Assembly: GCA_964453955.1 (NCBI GenBank) | Contig: CAYVPZ010000001.1 | Location: 1 to 44,704 of the forward strand | Origin: an uncultured Solibacteraceae bacterium | GTDB taxonomy: Bacteria; Acidobacteriota; Terriglobia; Bryobacterales; Bryobacteraceae | Reading direction: 5' to 3' | Length of the DNA stretch: 44,704 nucleotides | Part shown: piece after piece, positions 33,839 to 42,249 of the stretch | How the letters are laid out: each line of letters opens with the position of its first letter | Numbering within the stretch: the first letter of the stretch is position 1 | Notes under the pieces: model-generated | What the model saw: the letters and a program-made list of their open reading frames with translations, nothing else | What the model was told of the DNA's origin: nothing | Database searches by the model: none | Translations under genes and position numbers: made by a program

Positions 33839-35107
33839 ATGAAACTGCTGGTAGCCGCGTTGCTGCTGTTCGCGGGAAGCGATAAGGTTGGCGAGGTCCT
33901 CACCGGCCCGGCCGCTTTTCAGGATTACACCACCATCCGCACGGGCCAGTTCCGGAAGATCACCGTGGCCGATCTTCCGCAGCCCTTTGCGACCTCCAGC
34001 GCGGGCAACGGTCCGCAAATCGTTCCGCGGCCGGTCAACGCGTGGCCCAAGGCGCCGGCGGGTTTCGAGGTGCAGCTCTACGCGGACGGGCTGAACAACC
34101 CGCGCGAGATCCGCACCGCGCCCAACGGGGACCTGTTCGTGGCCGAGAGCGAGCCGGGCGACATCCGGGTCTACAGCGGGATCACCGCGGAGGGCAAGCC
34201 GAAACAGATGTCGGTGTTCCTCACCGGCCTGCACCAGCCTTTTGGCATGGCCTTCTCGCCCGCCGGGCTGAACCCGCGCTGGCTGTACATTGGCAATTCC
34301 GACTCTCTGGTGCGGGTGCCCTATCACACTGGCGACCAGAAGGCGCGCGGGCCCATCGAAAAGCTGGCCGATCTGCCGCGCGCCGGTTACCACTGGACAC
34401 GCGATCTGGCGCTCGCGCCCGACGGCAATCACTTGTTCGTGTCGGTGGGCTCGAATTCGAACATTGACGATCCGGACACGCACGCGAAAGAGTTCCATCG
34501 GGCCGATATTCTGGTGTTCTCGCTGGACGGCCAATTCGAGCGCGTGTATGCTTCCGGGATTCGCAACCCCGTGGGCATCGCGGTGGACCCGCAAACCGGC
34601 GAGCTGTGGTGCTCCGCCAACGAGCGCGACGAGCTGGGCGACAACCTGCCCCCCGATTACATCACCCACGTCGCCGACGGCGGCTTCTACGGCTGGCCGT
34701 ACTACTACATCGGCGGGCATCCGGATCCCCGGCTGAACGGCAAGCACCCGGAGCTGAAGGACAAAGTGCTGGTGCCCGACGTTCTGCTGCAGCCGCACAA
34801 TGCCTCGCTGGAGATGACGTTCTACGATGGCGCGCAATTCCCGGCCGAGTATAAAGGCGACATCTTCGCCTCCGAGCACGGTTCCTGGAATCGCCACATG
34901 CGCACCGGTTATGAAGTGATCCGGGTGCCGCTCAAGGACGGCCACGCCAGCGGCGTTTTCGAAAACTTCGTTACCGGCTTTGCCACGGCGGATGGCGACG
35001 TGTGGGGCCGGCCGGTCGGGGTTGCTGTGGCCGCGGATGGATCGCTGATGATCACCGACGACGGCTCGAACTCCATCTGGCGCGTGGTCTGGACCGGCGG
35101 GCGCTGA
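33839..35107 (+). CDS. PQQ-dependent sugar (glucose/sorbosone) dehydrogenase-family beta-propeller, secreted
   Basis: In-frame ATG at 33839 (MKLLVAALLLFAGS). NPREIRTAPNGDLFVAES...HQPFGMAF...GYHWTRDLALAPDGNHLFVSVGSNSN...IRNPVGIAVDPQTGELWCSANERDELGDNLPPDY...GGFYGWPY...RPVGVAVAADGSLMITDD. Confidence 0.82.
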   Translation: MKLLVAALLLFAGSDKVGEVLTGPAAFQDYTTIRTGQFRKITVADLPQPFATSSAGNGPQIVPRPVNAWPKAPAGFEVQLYADGLNNPREIRTAPNGDLFVAESEPGDIRVYSGITAEGKPKQMSVFLTGLHQPFGMAFSPAGLNPRWLYIGNSDSLVRVPYHTGDQKARGPIEKLADLPRAGYHWTRDLALAPDGNHLFVSVGSNSNIDDPDTHAKEFHRADILVFSLDGQFERVYASGIRNPVGIAVDPQTGELWCSANERDELGDNLPPDYITHVADGGFYGWPYYYIGGHPDPRLNGKHPELKDKVLVPDVLLQPHNASLEMTFYDGAQFPAEYKGDIFASEHGSWNRHMRTGYEVIRVPLKDGHASGVFENFVTGFATADGDVWGRPVGVAVAADGSLMITDDGSNSIWRVVWTGGR

Positions 35108-35782
35108 GTGCGTTGGGCGCGGGCCATTCTGCTGTTGCCGGCGTTCGCGCTCGCGCACGACCCGATTTCCACGAAAATCACGTGGGGCCGCGAAATCTCG
35201 CGCCTGATCTACGCCCACTGCGCGTCGTGTCATCGCGAGGGTGGAACGGCGTTCTCGCTGATGACCTGGCGGCAGGCGCGCCCGTGGGCAGTGGCCATCA
35301 AGGACGAGGTGCTGGAGCGCCGCATGCCGCCGTGGGGCGCGGTGGACGGCTTCGGCGATTTTCGCGACGACGAGGCGCTCACCGAGACCGATTTGCAGAT
35401 CGTCGCCGCGTGGGCCGAGGGCAGCGCTCCGGAAGGCGACCCGGTGCTGTTGCCCCCCGCGCCCGATTTCACGAAACCCGCGGTGCCGGTGCCAACCGGG
35501 CCGGAGATCCTCGTGGACGGACGGCTGGAGTTGAAGGGCGCCATTCGTCTGCTGGCCATTCGTCCGACGCAGGTGCCCGCCGGCGCATCCCTGCAGGTGA
35601 CCGCGCGCCAGCCCGACGGCAGCGTGGAACCGCTCCTCTGGCTGTATAACTACCAGCCTCGGTTTACGCGAACGTACGTTTACCGCGAGCCGCCGGCGCT
35701 ACCCGCGGGCACGGTGGTGGAAACGTCGCCGGCGAACGCGGGCACGCTGGCGCTGATTGTAGAGCCCGTGCGGCCCCCATAA
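35108..35782 (+). CDS. secreted c-type cytochrome-domain protein with a small beta-rich C-terminal domain
   Basis: The GTG follows the upstream TGA directly (TGAGTG). Signal MRWARAILLLPAFALA. Haem motif CASCH (IYAHCASCHREGG), then RRMPPWGAVDGFGDF. The C-terminal part (LLWLYNYQPRFTRTYVYREPPALPAGTVV) resembles the jelly-roll domains that accompany such cytochrome modules. Confidence 0.65.
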   Translation: MRWARAILLLPAFALAHDPISTKITWGREISRLIYAHCASCHREGGTAFSLMTWRQARPWAVAIKDEVLERRMPPWGAVDGFGDFRDDEALTETDLQIVAAWAEGSAPEGDPVLLPPAPDFTKPAVPVPTGPEILVDGRLELKGAIRLLAIRPTQVPAGASLQVTARQPDGSVEPLLWLYNYQPRFTRTYVYREPPALPAGTVVETSPANAGTLALIVEPVRPP

Positions 35783-35806
35783 GCGCTACCTGACTGGAGA
35801 GTCGAA

Positions 35807-36202
35807 ATGCATCCTGATACGGAAGGAATCCTGGAATCTTCGCTGTACGTGGCTGACGTGGGCGCTTCGGCTGAGTTTTACGAGAAGATCTTCGGGTTTC
35901 GGGTCATCGCTTCCTCGGAGCGCCTCTGCGCGATGAAAGCAGGTAACCGCCAGGCATTGCTGTTATTCAAGAAGGGCGGCTCGCGCGCAATCCCGTCGCC
36001 GCACGATGGTGACGGTGAGCTTCATCTCGCGTTCGCCATCCCAGCCGCGGCGCTGGCAAGGTGGGAAGCCTGGCTGGCGGAAAACGGCATCTCCGTGGAA
36101 GAGAAGCGCGTGTGGGAGTTGGGCGGCCAGAGCCTGTATTTTCGGGATCCAGACCGGCATCTAATCGAGGTTGCCACGCCGGGCGTCTGGTCGATTTATT
36201 GA
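35807..36202 (+). CDS. VOC-family (glyoxalase/dioxygenase fold) protein
   Basis: 131 aa. LESSLYVADVGASAEFYEKIFGF...HLAFAI...SLYFRDPDRHLIEVATPG. Confidence 0.8.
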   Translation: MHPDTEGILESSLYVADVGASAEFYEKIFGFRVIASSERLCAMKAGNRQALLLFKKGGSRAIPSPHDGDGELHLAFAIPAAALARWEAWLAENGISVEEKRVWELGGQSLYFRDPDRHLIEVATPGVWSIY

Positions 36203-36229
36203 TGCAGTCCATTGGTTCGTCCGCCATCA

Positions 36230-37063
36230 TTACCGCAACTCCCGCACCGGTACGTTGAACGCCGCGGTATTCACCACGCCATTCCGCTGAAACTGCGCCC
36301 ACAGCCGGTATGTCCGCGCGCGCGGAAAAATCACGTTGAACTGCTCCTCGGCGCCGCCGTCGGCGAGGTGCGGGTGCGTGTGGATGGCGTCCACCAGGTC
36401 GTCGCTCACCACCAGCAAATGCCCCCATGCGCCAATGTATTTCTCGATACCGTCCGCCGGGCTCAGCCGGAAGAACAGTAGCGTCTTCAGGCCGGCGACG
36501 GGCTCGGCCGGCTCGGTGACCAGTTCCACTTTCAGGTTCTCCGCCTGCTTCGGCGCCACGTCGGCAAGTAGTTTCGCGGGCGGCAGTATGGCGCCGCCAG
36601 GCACGATCACGGTTTTTGCGATCAGTTGCGGCGTCCCGCCATCCGGGAAGAAATCAGCCAGCAAGCGATACATGCCGGGCTTTGGAAAACGCTCCTCGAT
36701 TCGAAAGGCGCCGCCGGGCTGCGGTTCGGGGTGCTCGTGTTCGAACCAGCTCAGATCCTGGCTAACCACGAACAGGTGGAACAGCTTCTCGTGCATCACC
36801 TGGAAGCGCTCCACGGGCTTGCCCGAGTGCGGGTCGGTGACGGCGAACCGCAGCTCCGTATCCGCACCGGCGCGCGCCGGGTTGGGGATTACCGTGAGCG
36901 CAACCGGGTAGCGGGCCGCGTCGGGGATGCCCAGCACCAGCTTCATCCCGCAGCGAGGGCAAATGCCCGGCGTGTTCGAACGCACGTCGGGATCCATGGG
37001 GCAAACGTAGTCCTGGGCGAACAGCGCGAACGATGCCAGCAGGACGACACAGGCAAACCGCAT
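36230..37063 (-). CDS. secreted heavy-metal-binding-domain (HMBD) protein with His-rich motifs
   Basis: Signal MRFACVVLLASFALFAQ. HMBD YVCPMDPDVRSNTPGICPRCGMKLV. Two Ig-like-looking halves containing FEHEHPEP and IHTHPHL. Confidence 0.75.
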   Translation of the reverse strand: MRFACVVLLASFALFAQDYVCPMDPDVRSNTPGICPRCGMKLVLGIPDAARYPVALTVIPNPARAGADTELRFAVTDPHSGKPVERFQVMHEKLFHLFVVSQDLSWFEHEHPEPQPGGAFRIEERFPKPGMYRLLADFFPDGGTPQLIAKTVIVPGGAILPPAKLLADVAPKQAENLKVELVTEPAEPVAGLKTLLFFRLSPADGIEKYIGAWGHLLVVSDDLVDAIHTHPHLADGGAEEQFNVIFPRARTYRLWAQFQRNGVVNTAAFNVPVRELR

Positions 37064-37068
37064 GGAGA

Positions 37069-37314
37069 CTATTCGACGATGTCTACGCGATACTCCTCGA
37101 TGACCGGGTTGGCCAGCACGTCGCGGGCGATCTGGTCCATCTCCGCGGCGGCTTTCTGACGCTCCGTGCCCGGCGCGAGTTCAATCTCGAAGTACTTGCC
37201 CTGGCGCACCGATGCGATGGATGCATGCCCCATGCCCGCCAGGGCGGAGCGTATGGTCTGGCCCTGCGGGTCGAGCACCGTGGTCTTGAACGAAACGTAT
37301 ACGAGTGCTTTCAT
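37069..37314 (-). CDS. purS: phosphoribosylformylglycinamidine synthase subunit PurS
   Basis: 81 aa. MKALVYVSFKTTVLDPQGQTIRSALAGMGHASIASVRQGKYFEIEL...ANPVIEEY is the PurS consensus. Confidence 0.88.
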   Translation of the reverse strand: MKALVYVSFKTTVLDPQGQTIRSALAGMGHASIASVRQGKYFEIELAPGTERQKAAAEMDQIARDVLANPVIEEYRVDIVE

Positions 37315-37348
37315 TCTGTCGGCCTTCCCTCCAGTCTATCGGAGCGGG

Positions 37349-37918
37349 TCAGTGTCCCAGCGCCACCAGCACGCGCTCGGTGATTTCGTGAATCATGGCC
37401 GGCAGCGACGCGTCCAGCGCCACAGTGACGGCCGCGCGGACGCGCTCCACATCCAATTCCGGAGGAGGCTGCGGCCCTTGCGGAGTGTCCTCCGAGGGCG
37501 GCTGCGGCGTATCGGCGGCCACGGTCTCGGCGAAGAGTCCCCGCGCAAATTCCGCTTCGTGGAGCAACGGCCGGATGGTCTCCACCACCACGGAGGCCTC
37601 GAAGGGTTTCTTGAGGATGGCGTCGCAACCGGCCCGCCTGGCCTCGTCTTCGTCGAAGGGCTCCAGCATGCCCGCCGTCAGAACCACGCGGGCGTGGCGA
37701 TGGCGGGGATTGCTCTTCACGTAACGGCAGATGTCAAAGCCGGATTTTCCCGGCAGAAAAACATCGGCCAGAATCAGGTCGGGATCGACATCGGCCAGCC
37801 GGAGCAGGGCCGTCTCCCCTTCGGTGATGCTGACCACCTCGAAGCCCTCTTCCCGCAGAATCCGCTCGCCCATGCGCTGCGCATGCGGGCTGTCGTCGGC
37901 CAGCAGGATGCGGCTCAT
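37349..37918 (-). CDS. orphan response regulator (receiver domain + ~65-aa unassigned C-terminal extension)
   Basis: ILLADDSPH (acidic pair), LILADVFLPGKSG (phospho-acceptor Asp), VVLTAG, AILKKPF. The ATG at 37918 shares one nt with the bamD-like stop (TGATG on the minus strand); the ORF track starts one codon earlier at GTG 37921. Confidence 0.85.
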   Translation of the reverse strand: MSRILLADDSPHAQRMGERILREEGFEVVSITEGETALLRLADVDPDLILADVFLPGKSGFDICRYVKSNPRHRHARVVLTAGMLEPFDEDEARRAGCDAILKKPFEASVVVETIRPLLHEAEFARGLFAETVAADTPQPPSEDTPQGPQPPPELDVERVRAAVTVALDASLPAMIHEITERVLVALGH

Positions 37919-39270
37919 CACTGATTCGAGGAGGATGAGGGTGGCGTGGTGGCGGCGGGCGCCGCGGCGGGAGCGGTTGTGGCCGCCGGCTTCTTAGGCT
38001 GTTTCTTCGCCTGCTCCTGCGCCTTCTTCTTCTGCTGCGCCTGGTACTTCTTGGTGAGCCGCTTTCTTTCCTTCTCGCTCATCGTGTGGTTGGAAGGATA
38101 CTGGGCCAGACGCTCGTTCGGGGTCATGTTCGCGTTCTGCGCGATAGCGGACTGCGGCGTTGCCGCAGTGGCCGCGGTTGGGGGCGACAAGCGCGCATCC
38201 GGCTTCTTGTCGAGATCGGAAGAGCCGGAAATGGTCTGCGCGGAAACATCTCCCTGGAATCCCGTGTTCTGCTCCACTACCACCGGGACGCTGACGGGCA
38301 CCGTGGGGCGCAGGTTGGTCATGGCCGGCGCACCCGACTTCGCCGCGTTGTGCATGTCGGGCCCGCGGCGGAAGGCATCCATGCCGCGCGCCTTCAGGCC
38401 CAGTTTTGTTCGATGCTCCAGCTCGTACTTCATGCGCGCGTAGGCGGCGGGGTCGGCCTGAGGAATTGGCATCTCCAGTTCCTTCAGCTTCTTCTTTGCG
38501 TCTTCGGTATGGCCGCTCAGCGGGTATTCGCGCACGATGCGCGAATACGCATCGCCGGCCTGCTGGCGGAAGCGGTTTCCCATCCGCGAATACGAGTCGC
38601 CCAGCAGCCACAGGGCTTCGTCGGCCTGGCTGTACAACGGGTACTGGTCCACCAGCCGCGCCAGGCGGTTGGCCGCGGCGGGGTTGCTGCCCTTGGTGTG
38701 ATAGAACGTGCCCACGCGCATTTCGCCTTCGGCCAGCGCTTCCTGAATGTCGCGCAGCCGTTGTTGCGCCTCCGGCACGTACTTGCTGTTGGGATATTGC
38801 ACCAGCAGCGCCCGGCACTCGTCCTCGGCGCGCAATGCCTGCGCGGCATCGCGGTCCGCCTTGTCCATTTGCTTGTAGTGAACCAGGCAAACGCGATTCT
38901 GCGCCTCGGCGGCCTCGGGCATGGTGGGGTAGAACAGCTCGAAGTCCTTGTACTCGGCCTCGGCCTCGGCCATTCCGTGCGTGCCGCCCTCGCGATACCA
39001 GGAATCGGCGATGGCCAGCTTGGCTTTGGCCAGGTACTCGCTCTGGTCGTAGGTGTTGATCAGCGTGTTCAGCGTGATCCGGGCCACCTCAAAACGGCCG
39101 TGCTCGATGTCGTTGACGGCTTTGTCGAACAGCACCTTGTCCGGCTGGCTGGTGTTCTTGCTGATGGGGTTCTCGTACTTCTTGTGGACCAGGCAGCCCA
39201 CCGAACCAACGAGGCCCAGACCCAGCGGGACAGCAAGGAGTCGGGCGGCGAACGTTTGATGACGAACCAT
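37918..39270 (-). CDS. bamD: BamD/YfiO-like outer-membrane assembly lipoprotein with a long low-complexity Lys/Ala/Pro tail
   Basis: In-frame ATG at 39270 gives MVRHQTFAARLLAVPLGLGLVGSVGC (lipobox). TPR-like BamD body FDKAVNDIEHGRFEVARITL...QYPNSKYVPEAQQRLRDIQEALAEGEMRVGTFYHTKG...VDQYPLYSQADEALWLLGDSY. Tail ...ERKRLTKKYQAQQKKKAQEQAKKQPKKPAATTAPAAAPAATTPPSSSSNQ. Confidence 0.8.
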   Translation of the reverse strand: MVRHQTFAARLLAVPLGLGLVGSVGCLVHKKYENPISKNTSQPDKVLFDKAVNDIEHGRFEVARITLNTLINTYDQSEYLAKAKLAIADSWYREGGTHGMAEAEAEYKDFELFYPTMPEAAEAQNRVCLVHYKQMDKADRDAAQALRAEDECRALLVQYPNSKYVPEAQQRLRDIQEALAEGEMRVGTFYHTKGSNPAAANRLARLVDQYPLYSQADEALWLLGDSYSRMGNRFRQQAGDAYSRIVREYPLSGHTEDAKKKLKELEMPIPQADPAAYARMKYELEHRTKLGLKARGMDAFRRGPDMHNAAKSGAPAMTNLRPTVPVSVPVVVEQNTGFQGDVSAQTISGSSDLDKKPDARLSPPTAATAATPQSAIAQNANMTPNERLAQYPSNHTMSEKERKRLTKKYQAQQKKKAQEQAKKQPKKPAATTAPAAAPAATTPPSSSSNQ

Positions 39271-39314
39271 ACTGAACTTTTCCCCGTACAATACCACACG
39301 CGCCGCGGCGGCGT

Positions 39315-39989
39315 TCAGGCGTGCACCGCCCGCGCCCCTTCGGCGGCCTTGCGCATCTCCGACGTGGCCCGCTCCGGATCGCCAGTGTGAAAGATGGACG
39401 ACCCTGTCACGATCCATTCACAGCCAGCCCGGACCGCGCCGGCGACATTCTCGAGGGTGATGCCCCCATCAATCTCGATGGGAAACCGCAACCCCAGTTC
39501 CCTCTTCCGCGCGTCGAGCGCGCGCACCTTGCTGAGCGAATGCTCGATGAACTTCTGCCCGCCAAAACCGGGATTCACGCTCATCACCAGCACGTAGTCG
39601 GCCACGTACAGGACATCATCGAGCATGGCCACCGGAGTGGACGGGTTAATGACCACCCCAGCCAGCGCTCCTTCGCCCTGAATCATGCGCAGCGTCCGGT
39701 CCAGATGCGGGCACACTTCCTGCTGGACCGAGACCGAATCCGCACCCGCCTGAATAAAAACCGGAGCGTATTTATTCGGGTCGGTGATCATCAGGTGGAC
39801 GTCCAATTTTGCCTGGGTAAATTTCCGGATAGATTCCACCACCGGCGGCCCGATGGTGAAGTTGGGCACAAAATGCCCGTCCATGACGTCCAGATGGAAA
39901 CGCCCGGCCCCGCCACGCTCCGCGGCAGCAATCTGTTCGCCCAGCCGCGTAAAATCGGCCGCAAGAATAGAGGGAAGGATCTCAATCAT
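39315..39989 (-). CDS. rpe: ribulose-phosphate 3-epimerase
   Basis: MIEILPSILAADF...HLDVMDGHFVPNFTIGP...LDVHLMI...MSVNPGFGGQKF...IEIDGGI. Confidence 0.93.
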   Translation of the reverse strand: MIEILPSILAADFTRLGEQIAAAERGGAGRFHLDVMDGHFVPNFTIGPPVVESIRKFTQAKLDVHLMITDPNKYAPVFIQAGADSVSVQQEVCPHLDRTLRMIQGEGALAGVVINPSTPVAMLDDVLYVADYVLVMSVNPGFGGQKFIEHSLSKVRALDARKRELGLRFPIEIDGGITLENVAGAVRAGCEWIVTGSSIFHTGDPERATSEMRKAAEGARAVHA

Positions 39990-41058
39990 TCGCGGGCAAC
40001 CCCGATGTTAACACAGCGGCAAAGAACCCGTCCCCCGGCTCGGAGCCGGGAATTCGCCGGTGGATCTCCCAGTTTCCTCCCGTTTCGGCGATGACGTCTT
40101 CGTTCTCCTCGCGCTCCAGCGAGCAGGTGGAATACACCAGCACGCCACCGGGCGCGCGGCATGCCAGCGCGTTCCGCAGGATGGCCACCTGGCGCCGGTG
40201 AAGGTCGGCCAGATCGGACGGCTGGATGCGCCACTTGATCTCCGGGTTGCGGCCCAGCGTGCCCGTTCCGGAGCAGGGCGCGTCCACCAGCACGCGCTGG
40301 AATCCGGCCGGGAACGGCAGGGGTTGGGTGGCATCCACCACCACACGGTGGCAGCGAAGATCGGCCAGGGCACGCAGCCGATGCAGGTGAAGGTCGCAGG
40401 CGACGGCCTCGGCCCCCGCCTCTACCGCCTGCGCGGTTTTGTTGCCGGGGGCGGCGCAGACGTCGAGGAACGTCTGGCCGGGCTCGATGCGAAGCAGCGG
40501 GACGATGGACTGCGCCCCGATATCCTGTATACGGCCGGTGGAAGCGATGTACGTTTCCGGCGCCATAAGGGCCGCCTCCGCGATGTTCGAAGCTGCGTCG
40601 CGGCCGAACTGGCGCTCCCAGCTTTCGAGCATCCAGGCGGGCGCCGACAGCGCGGTGGCGCGATCGGGCCATTCCACTTCCCCGCGCGGCGCCCGCCGCA
40701 GCACCGCGTTCACCAGTCCCGCCGCGGAGCGCTTGCCCGCGGCCTTAACCAGCTCCACCGACTCGGTGACCGCGGCGTGCGCCGGCACCCGCTGCAGATG
40801 GCGCAACTGGTACAACCCCATGCGCAGGGCCACGCGAACCTCGACATCGAGCTTGCGCGGCGCAAGCTGGTGGATGACGAAATCGAGCTGCGCCTGACGG
40901 CGCAGGCTGCCGAGGACCAGCTCCCAGGCAAGCCCGGCATCGCGCGAATCGAGCGGCTGCGTGTGGGCCGTGAGCAGTTCCGAGGCCCAGGCACCGGCTT
41001 CCACGCGGGTCAGGATTTGAAACGCGATGCGGCGCGCGATGTTCACTGGGTGGCCCAT
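39982..41058 (-). CDS. rsmB: RsmB/Sun-family 16S rRNA m5C methyltransferase (short form, 358 aa)
   Basis: NusB-like N-terminus ARRIAFQILTRVEAGAWASELL. MTase core FLDVCAAPGNKT...VLVDAPCSGTGTLGRNPEIKW...LVYSTCSLEREENE. Overlaps rpe by 8 nt. Confidence 0.85.
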   Translation of the reverse strand: MGHPVNIARRIAFQILTRVEAGAWASELLTAHTQPLDSRDAGLAWELVLGSLRRQAQLDFVIHQLAPRKLDVEVRVALRMGLYQLRHLQRVPAHAAVTESVELVKAAGKRSAAGLVNAVLRRAPRGEVEWPDRATALSAPAWMLESWERQFGRDAASNIAEAALMAPETYIASTGRIQDIGAQSIVPLLRIEPGQTFLDVCAAPGNKTAQAVEAGAEAVACDLHLHRLRALADLRCHRVVVDATQPLPFPAGFQRVLVDAPCSGTGTLGRNPEIKWRIQPSDLADLHRRQVAILRNALACRAPGGVLVYSTCSLEREENEDVIAETGGNWEIHRRIPGSEPGDGFFAAVLTSGLPAND

Positions 41059-41816
41059 GCCTTCGGGGTGGTCCCCATGGTTTTCCGGAACATTTGCACG
41101 AAGGCGCTCGGCTGCCGATAGCCAACCTCGAACGCGACCTCCTTGACCGAGCGGCCTTCCACCAGCAGCTCGATGCCCTTCATCAGGCGGATCTGCCGCC
41201 GCCAGGATTCGAAATCCATTCCCACTTCTTTTCGGAACGCCCGCTCAATGGTTCTGACGCTGGCGCCCGCTCGCGCACATAGAGCATGCAGCGCCGTGCC
41301 ACGGGCCGGGTCCGCGAGCAATGCCTGGGCGACGGCCAGCGCCCGGCGGTCGCGGGGAAGAGTCACGCCCGTGGGAATGGGGGTCGCGGTGCGCAGTTGC
41401 GCCACCAGCAGATCCCGCAACGCGCGATGCATACGGTTACCGTTGCGGAGCTGCCCGGCGCGCACGGCTTCCACAATCAGCTCGCGCAGCAGCGGGGTCA
41501 CGTGCATCACCGTGCACGCGTCCGGCAAACCCGGGGCGAGCCGGCGCCGCAGGTACAGGGTGCGCATGGCGACGGCCGCGGGCATGCGAATCCGGTGGGC
41601 GGTGCGCGCCGGGATCCACAGCGCGAAATGCGGCGGGATCACCCAGAAGCTCTGCCCCACCGAAAGCTCCATCACGCCGCGGGTGGCGTAGATGAGCTGG
41701 TCGGAGCCGTGCGCGTGCTCGGGCACCAGGTACCCGGCCGGGTAGTCCCAGGCGAGCGTGGAGATGGAAACGCCTGGTTTCGGGTCGTATTCGGTCAGCA
41801 GGGCGCACTGTCGCAT
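41043..41816 (-). CDS. AraC-family transcriptional regulator (cupin sensor + HTH_18)
   Basis: Cupin part YPAGYLVPEHAHGSDQLIYATRGVMEL. C-terminal HTH LCARAGASVRTIERAFRKEVGMDFESWRRQIRLMKGIELL...SVKEVAFEVGYRQPSAFVQMFRKTMGTTP. I prefer ATG 41816 (MRQCALL...) over the ORF-track start 41891, which would overlap the divergent VOC gene. The 3' end overlaps the rsmB start by 16 nt. Confidence 0.8.
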   Translation of the reverse strand: MRQCALLTEYDPKPGVSISTLAWDYPAGYLVPEHAHGSDQLIYATRGVMELSVGQSFWVIPPHFALWIPARTAHRIRMPAAVAMRTLYLRRRLAPGLPDACTVMHVTPLLRELIVEAVRAGQLRNGNRMHRALRDLLVAQLRTATPIPTGVTLPRDRRALAVAQALLADPARGTALHALCARAGASVRTIERAFRKEVGMDFESWRRQIRLMKGIELLVEGRSVKEVAFEVGYRQPSAFVQMFRKTMGTTPKAWATQ

Positions 41817-41868
41817 CAGAGATATATTATGGCGTATCGCCGTTCGGGCGACAGAGGCACACTGGCTC

Positions 41869-42249
41869 ATGCTCGGTTCCCACAAACTCATCGCGTTCCT
41901 CGCGGTAAAGACAGCCGACGCCGCCAGGGCGTTCTATCGTGACAAGCTGGGCCTGCGGCTGGTGAGCGAAGACCAGTTCGCCCTGGTGTTCGATGCCCAC
42001 GGCACCATGCTGCGGGTGGTTCCCGTCGGCGAGATTCCCGAGGTGCGCTGGACGGTTCTGGGCTGGGAAGTTCCCGATATCGAGGCGGCCGCGGCGGAAC
42101 TGGAGAAGGGCGGTGTCGCGCTGGAGCACTTTCCCTTTGCGAAGGAGGAAACTGGCATCTGGACCGCGCCCAGCGGCGACAGAGTGGCCTGGTTCAAGGA
42201 TCCAGACGGCAACACGCTCAGCATCAGCCAGCACGTTGGGCACGCATGA
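41869..42249 (+). CDS. VOC-family (glyoxalase fold) protein
   Basis: In-frame ATG at 41869: MLGSHKLIAFLAVKTADAARAFYRDKLGLRLV...VAWFKDPDGNTLSISQ. Confidence 0.78.
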   Translation: MLGSHKLIAFLAVKTADAARAFYRDKLGLRLVSEDQFALVFDAHGTMLRVVPVGEIPEVRWTVLGWEVPDIEAAAAELEKGGVALEHFPFAKEETGIWTAPSGDRVAWFKDPDGNTLSISQHVGHA

